DNA from: Chlamydiota bacterium
GTDB lineage: Bacteria > Chlamydiota > Chlamydiia > Chlamydiales > SM23-39
Direction of reading: 5' to 3'
NCBI GenBank assembly: GCA_050049995.1
Contig: JASFVE010000014.1
Span: forward strand, 1-30,934
Length of the DNA stretch: 30,934 bases
The position numbers and the translations under genes are program-made. Shown here one piece after another: positions 18,400-26,266 of this stretch. Under the pieces are notes generated by a model that was given only the letters and a program-made list of their open reading frames with translations, was not told the origin of the DNA and searched no databases. How positions within the stretch are numbered: position 1 is the stretch's first letter; each line of letters begins with the position of its first letter.

Positions 18400-20592
18400 A
18401 TGCTACAATTTTTTAGAAAGTACCAAAAAATATTTTTTGTTGTTATTACCTTTGTGATCGTTGTTTCCTTTTCATTTTTTGGAACCTATTCGACACTTTC
18501 TTCCCATAAAGAAGCATCAGATTCTATTGTTACGACAACTGTAAAAGGGGAAAAAGTATCACTAAAAGAAATTAAGCTTCTAAGTTACTTTTTAGACCAT
18601 GACTATAATGATGATAACTTTCCTAATTTTTTCAATGACCAAGTCTTGCAAAAGGATGTTTTTCAGACAAAATTAGCAGACGAGCTAGCTTCTGAGTTTT
18701 TTCCTTTTTTTGAAGAGCATTTGAAAGAGAGCCTTATTAGAGTTAAAAACTATCACCCCTATAGACACCCTAAGTATCCGTTCTTTGGTGCTGAAATGAT
18801 CTGGGGACAGTATGTGCCTGAGATGATGCAGGAAATTACCACTCTTCAAAAAATGGATGTCCCTAATAAAGAGTCATTTACAGTGCTTTCTAACATATAC
18901 TTACATGAAACAAAATTTCCTCCTTACCTGCTAAAAGCTGTGCTTCTTAACTCACAACGAAGTCAGTCTTGGATGGAACCTGATCCATTTTTAGAACAGA
19001 AAGATTTTCATTTATTTGGCTTTAAAAAGGGTTCAGATTGGTTTGGTAAATCCTTTATTGACCTTGTAGCACAAGTAATTATTAATGTTTCCGATATGGT
19101 CGAAAAAGACAAAATGGGAACCTCTTATAATGAAGCAAAAGCAGACCTGCAAAAAACATTTGTTAGCAACTTAAAAAGAAAAGCGCAAGTAGATGAATCA
19201 AAATTAGCTGACTACTATGCAAGGCAATTAAGTCAGATAGGAATGAATGAAAAACAAGTAGTAACTTTATGGCAAAAAATTTGTAACTTTAGGAAGTATT
19301 TTAACTCCCTTCAAAATAGTGTTTTAATGGATCAAACAATGTGGCCTTGTGAAATGGCAAACTACAGTGTTGAAAAAAGCTTTTTGCCATCCTACTTGCA
19401 GTTTACCTCTTTTAAACAGCTTTTAGAATTTGATTTATATTTAATGCTAGTTTCAAATTCCAAAGGGACACTTCTTCCCCCAAAAGAGTTTCTTAAATTA
19501 GATGAGATTGTTAAAAGAGCTCCAGAATTGGTAGAGAGAACTTTCCAACTAAAGGTCAAAGAAGTTACGCAAAAAAGTCTCAAGGCGTCGATTCCTACTA
19601 AGCAAATGTGGCAATGGCAATTGAAAAATTACCCTGATTTAAGCGAAAAGTTTGTTTTTTTAACAAAAAATTTATCTACGCGTGATGCACGTTTTGAAGT
19701 CATTCAAAAGTTAAGTCCTAAAGATAGAAGTTTATTGGATGATTATACTCTAGAACAAATCATTAATAATGAGCCTGATATTATAGCTAAAGAACTTGAG
19801 AATGTTCAACCTGTAGAAATGGAATTAAGTATATCATTTAGTTCTCATCAAAATGAATTAGTGGGAATAGAAGACTATCAGAAATTGAAAAAGTTTCTAT
19901 TGGATCTAAAGCAGGGCAGTAGCTCCATTTATTCCGATAACAAAAAAGCTTTTTATCAGTTTGAAGTAATTGAGACATCAAAAAATGATCAAATCATGAC
20001 GTTCGAAAGAGCTCAGCAGAAAGGAGTCTTGCATAACCTGTTAGAAAAAGTTTTAGAGGAAAAGTACTCTAGTTTAAGGACTAAAGATCCAGGTCGCTTT
20101 CAAAATGAGGATGGAAAGTTTAAATCTTTGGAAGAAGCTATTGAAGATGTTGGTTTAAGTTACTTTCAAGACTTTTATGCTAAAATTAATAAAAAGTGGA
20201 TGAAAAAGGGGCAGAACCCTTTAGAATTTTATACCACTGCAAGACTTGCGGACTTTATTGAAGCCGTAAGAAAAAATTCTCAAAATTGGGAAAACTTATC
20301 AGGCCTTGCAGCTCAATGGAATATCCAAAAAGAAACTACTTCATTAAGTAGTAAAGAAGCTCCGTTTCCTCATGTTTCAGATTTAAAAGAAAATGAGCTT
20401 TCTCAAACTGTTATAACTTCTGATGGACCTATGTTTTTTAAGGTTCTTTCAAAAACAACAGCTGTAGATCAAGATTTATTGGATAGACAAAGACAGGTTT
20501 TATCGAGTGAGCTGTTAAAGAAAACTACACAGAGCTTGGTTCATGAAATCAAGGAAAAAAATATAGCCTACTTTGATAAAAACGATGTTTGA
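18400..20592 (+). CDS. Conserved chlamydial membrane-anchored protein (CT283-like; SurA/PpiD N-terminal-like)
   Basis: ML.FFRK..K followed by one TM helix, as in PpiD/SurA_N proteins; 730 aa; position near the lipoate ligase gene matches chlamydial synteny as I recall it. Confidence 0.6.
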   Translation: MLQFFRKYQKIFFVVITFVIVVSFSFFGTYSTLSSHKEASDSIVTTTVKGEKVSLKEIKLLSYFLDHDYNDDNFPNFFNDQVLQKDVFQTKLADELASEFFPFFEEHLKESLIRVKNYHPYRHPKYPFFGAEMIWGQYVPEMMQEITTLQKMDVPNKESFTVLSNIYLHETKFPPYLLKAVLLNSQRSQSWMEPDPFLEQKDFHLFGFKKGSDWFGKSFIDLVAQVIINVSDMVEKDKMGTSYNEAKADLQKTFVSNLKRKAQVDESKLADYYARQLSQIGMNEKQVVTLWQKICNFRKYFNSLQNSVLMDQTMWPCEMANYSVEKSFLPSYLQFTSFKQLLEFDLYLMLVSNSKGTLLPPKEFLKLDEIVKRAPELVERTFQLKVKEVTQKSLKASIPTKQMWQWQLKNYPDLSEKFVFLTKNLSTRDARFEVIQKLSPKDRSLLDDYTLEQIINNEPDIIAKELENVQPVEMELSISFSSHQNELVGIEDYQKLKKFLLDLKQGSSSIYSDNKKAFYQFEVIETSKNDQIMTFERAQQKGVLHNLLEKVLEEKYSSLRTKDPGRFQNEDGKFKSLEEAIEDVGLSYFQDFYAKINKKWMKKGQNPLEFYTTARLADFIEAVRKNSQNWENLSGLAAQWNIQKETTSLSSKEAPFPHVSDLKENELSQTVITSDGPMFFKVLSKTTAVDQDLLDRQRQVLSSELLKKTTQSLVHEIKEKNIAYFDKNDV

Positions 20593-21226
20593 AGAGCTTC
20601 CTGCACTTACTTCTCTCTCATTTTTTCAAATGAGTGCTCTTTGTTACTATGTTCCCCCATCAGATAGCTTAGTGACATCAAAAAAATATTTGCTTCCTTC
20701 TACTTCTAAGTATTTGGATGAAGAGTCATTTGCTCGAATCTTTATGGGGTTTAATGAACTAAAAATACTTTTGCATATAGAAGTAGATGTTCCTTTTCAA
20801 GAAGCCAGCCTTTCAGATTTTAGAAAAACAGATTCTATTGAACTTTTTTTTGACACAAGAGACTTAAAAGAAAAAGATATCATTACACAATTTCATCATC
20901 ACTTTGTTTTTTTTCCAGAAAAAATTGAGGGAACTTTAGGAAGAGAGATTACACGCTTTCGAACGGATGATATGCATATGCTTTGTGAGCCGCAATCATT
21001 AGTAGCTACTCCTTTTTATGGTAAAAAAAATTACATTCTAGATATAGAAATTCCATTAAGTGCACTTCATGGATATGATCCAACAGCATTTAAACGACTA
21101 GGCTTTTGCTATCGTATTAATCGTAAAGATGCAGATCCACAGCATTTTGGCATTTCTTCATTTGAATATGCGATAGAAAAACACCCCAGCCTTTGGCCTT
21201 CGCTTTCTTTAATTAATCTAATTTAA
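20585..21226 (+). CDS. CBM9/DOMON-like beta-sandwich protein
   Basis: DSIELFFDT, Y.LDIEIPLSAL and LGF..RIN.D strands typical of CBM9-like folds. ATG 20585 chosen as start (8-nt overlap with the upstream gene). Confidence 0.6.
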   Translation: MFEELPALTSLSFFQMSALCYYVPPSDSLVTSKKYLLPSTSKYLDEESFARIFMGFNELKILLHIEVDVPFQEASLSDFRKTDSIELFFDTRDLKEKDIITQFHHHFVFFPEKIEGTLGREITRFRTDDMHMLCEPQSLVATPFYGKKNYILDIEIPLSALHGYDPTAFKRLGFCYRINRKDADPQHFGISSFEYAIEKHPSLWPSLSLINLI

Positions 21227-21377
21227 CTTTAAATCTTCTTTTTTTTTGCTCTTCATAAGCATCTCAAAATTAACTACTTAATTAAAAAAATTTATTTACA
21301 TACTTAAGTGTTTGGATTAAATATTCATTATTAATTATTGTGTGCTGCCAACATTAACTGTAATAAAGGATGTAGGA

Positions 21378-22661
21378 ATGTCGAAAGTAACCTTTGAGAA
21401 CACTTTTAATGGTGCAGTAAGTGAGTTAGAAAAGAATAAAATTAGAGAGCTTGAGAGTAAAATCAATAGTCTTGGCTTTGATGTAATCTCACTTGGCAAT
21501 AAATTTGATAATATTATGCCTTTGCGAATGGCGGCAAGTATAGGAAATGATGTAGAGCATTATATTGAGAGATTAAAAGATATTTGTGCTACGGCTGATA
21601 AGGCTCATAGGCTAGCTCGTGGCATGAAGGGGATTTATAGTGTAGCATTAGTATTTCAAGGATTAAAATTAGCAGGGACTGCAGCTCTTGGAGTGGCTAA
21701 TCTTATCATTTTTGCTCCTCTTAAAGGAGATCCCAGCAAACTTATCCCCGAAAATGTTCATCAGAAAGCTAGAAGAGCGTCTGTGGTATTGGCTAAAATT
21801 TCTTCTATGAAAGATGAAAACAAAAAAGTGATAGCTACCCTTAAAGCGGAGCTTCAACAGAAAGAAGCAAGTTTAAAAGCTAATGTGCAACAAGAAAAAG
21901 CTTCACTTGAAGCTGAAGCTAAACAAAAAGAAGCCATACTTAAGGCGGAGCTTCAACAGAAAGAAGCAAGTTTAAAAACTCAAGTGCAACAAAAAAAAGC
22001 TTTATTAAAAACAACGCAAAAGCACATAGAGCAACTGGAGGTTTTATACAAATGCGAAAAAATTTATCCCTCGAAGGGTCTCCTAAATAAGCTAAACATT
22101 TACAGGCAAGCCATTAGCACCCTCCATAATGAGATAGAAAGTTCAATAAGTAAAATAAAACAAAAGAATGAAGAGTTTTTAATAAAGGTGAATGCCCGAA
22201 AAAAAATTCTTGAAGCGCAACTGCAAGATCTTGATGAGCAGCTTGCAAGTCAACTTAATGCCCTTAAAGAAAATTTAAAATCTGAGCTTAATAAACATAA
22301 AGAAGAAATACAAAATTTAAAAGATCAGTTGCCTCATAATTACCGCTTAAATTGTTTTGGGTCTTCAGTTAGATCGACTTTACAAGGGATAAATCTTAAA
22401 GATGGAATGGCGTATTCTATAAGTCAGGTTAAAAATATATATAAGAATGGAATTCAGCCATTCAATGCTAAATTATTAATTCCGAATATCGGTTCAAACA
22501 GAGAACCATCTTTACTAGCTACTGCTAAAAAAACTGCATTAACTATTATCGGTTTTAATAATAGTGGAGCACCTCATGTTCCAATTGCAGATCGAAAAAA
22601 TAGACAGAAACTAAGAATGTTGCTGAGGAATTATAAGCAACAGGTCTATCAATCACCCTAA
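21378..22661 (+). CDS. Hypothetical coiled-coil protein, paralog A
   Basis: ATG 21378 follows AAGGA/AGGA and aligns with the start of paralog B; conserved N- and C-terminal blocks flank a central coiled coil. Confidence 0.85.
   Translation: MSKVTFENTFNGAVSELEKNKIRELESKINSLGFDVISLGNKFDNIMPLRMAASIGNDVEHYIERLKDICATADKAHRLARGMKGIYSVALVFQGLKLAGTAALGVANLIIFAPLKGDPSKLIPENVHQKARRASVVLAKISSMKDENKKVIATLKAELQQKEASLKANVQQEKASLEAEAKQKEAILKAELQQKEASLKTQVQQKKALLKTTQKHIEQLEVLYKCEKIYPSKGLLNKLNIYRQAISTLHNEIESSISKIKQKNEEFLIKVNARKKILEAQLQDLDEQLASQLNALKENLKSELNKHKEEIQNLKDQLPHNYRLNCFGSSVRSTLQGINLKDGMAYSISQVKNIYKNGIQPFNAKLLIPNIGSNREPSLLATAKKTALTIIGFNNSGAPHVPIADRKNRQKLRMLLRNYKQQVYQSP
21840..22004 (+). repeat. Five degenerate 33-nt (11-aa) tandem repeats inside paralog A
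   Basis: LKAELQQKEAS/LKANVQQEKAS/LEAEAKQKEAI/LKAELQQKEAS/LKTQVQQKKAL. The 33-mer gcggagcttcaacagaaagaagcaagtttaaaa occurs identically at 21846 and 21945. Confidence 0.9.
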
Positions 22662-22676
22662 TAGAAAAAATCTTCA

Positions 22677-22703
22677 ATACCCCCTGCTTTTAGCGGGGGG
22701 TAT
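22677..22703 (+). terminator. GC-rich hairpin, probable intrinsic terminator between the paralogs
   Basis: ATACCCCCTGCT-TTT-AGCGGGGGGTAT is a 12-bp stem with one G.U pair, 15 nt after the paralog A stop; the U-tract is imperfect. Confidence 0.6.
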
Positions 22704-22864
22704 CTACTTATTTTTATAAAAAAAAGACCATGATTATATTGTAATAATTATTTCAATAAATAAGATATTTTTTGAATTAAAAGAAATAAATTTACTTTAT
22801 ATGTAAATATTTCATAATATATTCCGCGCTAAATAATAATTTTATTTTTATAAGGAGAAATGAA

Positions 22865-24121
22865 ATGTCTATTTCACATTTAACATTTGAGAGGAATTTT
22901 AATGGCGCAGCTGTAGATCCTCAACAATTAAGAAAAATTAATAAACTTGAAGCAAAAATTAATGGTCTAGGCTTTAAGTTGCAAAGCCAAGGGCGCGAGG
23001 TTAGCGGGATATTGCCTCTAAGAAATCTTGCTGAACACGGAGATCGCGTAACAGACTATATTGAGAAGTTAGAGTGCGTTTGCGCATTAATTAATAAAGC
23101 TAGGCGACTAACTTTTGGAGCTCGTGGAATTTATGGATCAGCATTGATATTTCAAGGAATAAAGTTTGCTGGAAATATTAGTTTAGGAGTTGTTAATGCA
23201 GTAATTTTCGCTCCTTTGGGAGGAGATCCAGGTAGGCTTATTCCTCATGAGGTTCATGCTACAGCAAGAGCTGCGTCATTGATATTTGACGCAATTGCAT
23301 CCAAAAAAATTACATGTAAAGATCGAATACAAGCTATTGAGGAAACAAAAGGTATTTTGCGTACACAAGCAGAGCAGCAAAGAACTCATTTACATGCTGA
23401 AACAGAGAGGAGTAATGTTGGATTACAAGATGAAATAAGACAGTTAGAAGCTGAAATAGCAGAAAAAACAGCTGACGTACAATCGCTAGAAAGCACTTTA
23501 AGCCAAATGGGGCGTGCAGCAGAGCATAGCCTAGTTAGACCTCAAGAGGTTTTTTTCAATTCTCTTCAGAAAAAAAATGAGGATCTACAAAGAGAAATAG
23601 AGGATTTAACAAGCATACTTGAGCAGAAGAAAGAGGACCTACCAAGGAGGGTAGAAGCCCTTAGAAATGATCTTGAGATGCAATTGCAAGAGATCAATGA
23701 GCAGCTTACAAGGGAGCTTGATAAACTTGAAAATGATCGTAAAGTAATGGTTGAGCAGCTTAATTCAGATATTACAAAGTTAAGAGCTACCTTACCTAGT
23801 AAACATCGTCTTTACCGTTTTGGATCATCTTTTAGATTCACTTTACAGAGTACGAGCCTAATAGGGGGAAGGAAATATTCTTGGAAGAAGGTTAAAGATT
23901 TATGGAAAGGGGCCTCTGAAGTTGATGTTGAATTTGTGATTAATAGAATATGTTCAAAAAGAGGGTTTGAGCTGAAAAAAACCGCAAAAAAAACTGCATT
24001 AACCCTTTTGGGTGTTAATGTGAATGGGACACCACATGTGCCACTTTCAGATCTAGTTATTTCAGGTAGGTTTACTAGAATTGAAAGTCAATATAAATAC
24101 GAATTATCTCGGAAAGATTAA
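22865..24121 (+). CDS. Hypothetical coiled-coil protein, paralog B
   Basis: AAGGAG RBS; shares TFE..FNGA, GIY..AL.FQG.K.AG...LGV.N..IFAPL.GDP..LIP, RL..FGSS.R.TLQ and TAKKTALT..G.N..G.PHVP..D with paralog A. Confidence 0.87.
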   Translation: MSISHLTFERNFNGAAVDPQQLRKINKLEAKINGLGFKLQSQGREVSGILPLRNLAEHGDRVTDYIEKLECVCALINKARRLTFGARGIYGSALIFQGIKFAGNISLGVVNAVIFAPLGGDPGRLIPHEVHATARAASLIFDAIASKKITCKDRIQAIEETKGILRTQAEQQRTHLHAETERSNVGLQDEIRQLEAEIAEKTADVQSLESTLSQMGRAAEHSLVRPQEVFFNSLQKKNEDLQREIEDLTSILEQKKEDLPRRVEALRNDLEMQLQEINEQLTRELDKLENDRKVMVEQLNSDITKLRATLPSKHRLYRFGSSFRFTLQSTSLIGGRKYSWKKVKDLWKGASEVDVEFVINRICSKRGFELKKTAKKTALTLLGVNVNGTPHVPLSDLVISGRFTRIESQYKYELSRKD

Positions 24122-24151
24122 TAAAAAAAAGTTATAATACAATGGAAATTA

Positions 24152-25594
24152 TTAGCTTTCAGAATTAATGATTTCTTTAAGAGGCTCTTTTAAAGAGCTA
24201 TAACTTTTTAACTTATTTGTAAATCGGTTATAGCCTGCTAGGATTCCTAGCAGGCCAAAGAACATAATTTTCCCTTGTTGGAAAAATAAAAAAAAGTAGT
24301 CACATAAACCAATAAATAAAAACCCTACCATAAAAGAAATTAAGAGCAATTTTTCCAATGTAATGCTTTTAAGGCTCTCTTTAAAAATAAAAAATAAAAA
24401 TAATAAAAAAGAGCAAAGGCTCATTATTCCAGTTTCAGCTCCAAGTAAAAGATAAATATTATGAACTGTTGCTCCACTTAGACTAGAATCATAGGCAATG
24501 GTGCCTAAATAAGCATTCGAGTTAGGAATAAACTGATCATAACCCACCCCAAGAATAGGGTGGCTTTTCATCATGTTTAGAGCTATCAGACTGTAATATA
24601 TTCGGGCATTGTTGGAACCATTCGATAATTCACTATTACTAACAATTCCACCACGATTGTTCACTTGTGGATAAAAAATATACCCATTAAACAAAAAGGA
24701 AGCTCCAATCAATAGCATTATCAGAAAAATTGTTTTTTTTAGTTTTATCTTTGCAAAAGTTAGAAAAAAGATAGAGCTAATAAAAAAACCAAAAATAGCA
24801 CTTCTTGAAAAAGTGACAATAAGGCATGTGGATTGCAAAAAAAACATGAGAATAAAAAACCCCTTTTCCCATCTTTTCTTCTCAAGTACTGCATATAAGG
24901 TACTAAGCATGGAAATGCTTAAAAAAGCACCTAAAATATTGGGGTGAGGGAATGTTCCATGTGCTCGAAAGATAGAGGTTTTAGCTGTTTTAAAAAGGTT
25001 AAATATCCATACCTTTCCACCTGTCGGGATCATAGCATAATTTATATTCGATTTAAATTTAGGCTCTCCCAGTTTGTAAAGACCTAAGGGATGCTGTAAC
25101 AGATAATGATAGAGGCCAATAAAGCTTTCTACCGTTCCTATTAAGGCCAAAAGAAAAAATATTTTTCTTAAGAAGTTAGAAGGATCATTTTTTGCGATGA
25201 CGCTTGCTGTGAAAATAAATAGCAATACAGAGAAAAAAAGTTGATGGATCTTTAGAAGTGAGTGGCTTAAATTTGCTGTTTTAGAAAAAAGAACTGAGAA
25301 CAAGCTAAAAATAAAAACAATCCAAAGGTATTTATTTTCATTTTGAAAAATTAAACTTGTTTTTTTCTTAGCTGTAATTAAAAAACTAATAAAGCAAATA
25401 AAAATAATAATATCAGTTAAATAAATGTTAAGATCTTTACTTAATTGATAAGCCGGGGAATGAAAAAATATTTTAGAAATTACATGGTATAGTCTGTGTT
25501 CAAAAGGCTTATATTCAAAAGCAAAGTATCCAATAATAAAAAGAATAGATAATTCTAAAAATGAAAGCCGAAAAATTTTTAAGGTTTTTTGCAT
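24152..25594 (-). CDS. O-antigen ligase/Wzy_C family polytopic membrane protein
   Basis: Many TM segments; RA.GTF.HPN..G, TFSRSA, R.......M...HP.LGVG and HNIYL....ETG motifs. Confidence 0.85.
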   Translation of the reverse strand: MQKTLKIFRLSFLELSILFIIGYFAFEYKPFEHRLYHVISKIFFHSPAYQLSKDLNIYLTDIIIFICFISFLITAKKKTSLIFQNENKYLWIVFIFSLFSVLFSKTANLSHSLLKIHQLFFSVLLFIFTASVIAKNDPSNFLRKIFFLLALIGTVESFIGLYHYLLQHPLGLYKLGEPKFKSNINYAMIPTGGKVWIFNLFKTAKTSIFRAHGTFPHPNILGAFLSISMLSTLYAVLEKKRWEKGFFILMFFLQSTCLIVTFSRSAIFGFFISSIFFLTFAKIKLKKTIFLIMLLIGASFLFNGYIFYPQVNNRGGIVSNSELSNGSNNARIYYSLIALNMMKSHPILGVGYDQFIPNSNAYLGTIAYDSSLSGATVHNIYLLLGAETGIMSLCSFLLFLFFIFKESLKSITLEKLLLISFMVGFLFIGLCDYFFLFFQQGKIMFFGLLGILAGYNRFTNKLKSYSSLKEPLKEIINSES

Positions 25595-25649
25595 TTAAAC
25601 TAAGGTTTTAGGAAAACATTTTTTTATAATCTTATTATAAGAGGCGCCT

Positions 25650-26039
25650 TTATATGGCTTGTTTTCGAATTAAGGTAAATGTTTTATCTAAAATTCCTTT
25701 AAGTTCATCCAGTAAGTCTTGTAAGTTTTTAGAGTATTCTATTTTTGAAGTAGTATCATCCATTTTAGGTCCAGCAGCATAGGTTGTAATAAGCTTTAAG
25801 GATTGGGTTTCAAAACTATGCAATAGTCCTTTCAGTTGTTCAAAAAAAACACAACCTAGTGTATTGATTTTTTCGGAAAGATTAGCTAAATCAACTTGCA
25901 AGTTTGTTAAGTTTAACTCTAGCTGTTTAGGATTTCGAATAAATTCATGAATAGATTTATTAACTTCAACATCTAACTTTTTAAAAAAAGTTTCTAAGGT
26001 ATTTTCTAACTGATTATAAAGTATTTTAGCGTCTGACAT
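25650..26039 (-). CDS. Hypothetical helical protein
   Basis: 129-aa ORF with AAGGA RBS just upstream; no family recognised. Confidence 0.7.
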   Translation of the reverse strand: MSDAKILYNQLENTLETFFKKLDVEVNKSIHEFIRNPKQLELNLTNLQVDLANLSEKINTLGCVFFEQLKGLLHSFETQSLKLITTYAAGPKMDDTTSKIEYSKNLQDLLDELKGILDKTFTLIRKQAI

Positions 26040-26128
26040 AGCTTCCTTAAGTTCAAATTCTTTTTGACATATTTTTTTCTTTCTTTCAATTATAAAGATG
26101 AGTATTTGTGAAAAAAAGGAGGGAAGTT

Positions 26129-26266
26129 ATGAATTCATTAGTTGCACCTATTGTGACAATAATTGCTGGAATAGCAATTCTGATTTTTCCAAGGTTGCTA
26201 AGCTACATTGTTGCTTTTTATCTAATTTTAGTGGGTATTTTAGAGCTTGTAATTCGCATGAACTAA
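26129..26266 (+). CDS. 45-aa two-helix membrane protein, DUF3096-like (not in ORF track)
   Basis: AAGGAGG RBS, then MNSLVAPIVTIIAGIAILIFPRLLSYIVAFYLILVGILELVIRMN*. AGI.IL..PRLL.YIVA.YLI..G matches DUF3096 as I recall it. Confidence 0.85.
   Translation: MNSLVAPIVTIIAGIAILIFPRLLSYIVAFYLILVGILELVIRMN

Noticed and set aside
21840..22004. 33-nt repeats as a possible CRISPR array
   Set aside because: In-frame coding repeats without unique spacers, and no cas genes.
21378..24121. SMC/Rad50 or dynamin identity for the coiled-coil paralogs
   Set aside because: No Walker A/B, signature or GTPase motifs.
26064..26096. TTGACA upstream of the microprotein (also at 29044 before gcvH)
   Set aside because: No convincing -10 hexamer at 16-18 nt spacing.
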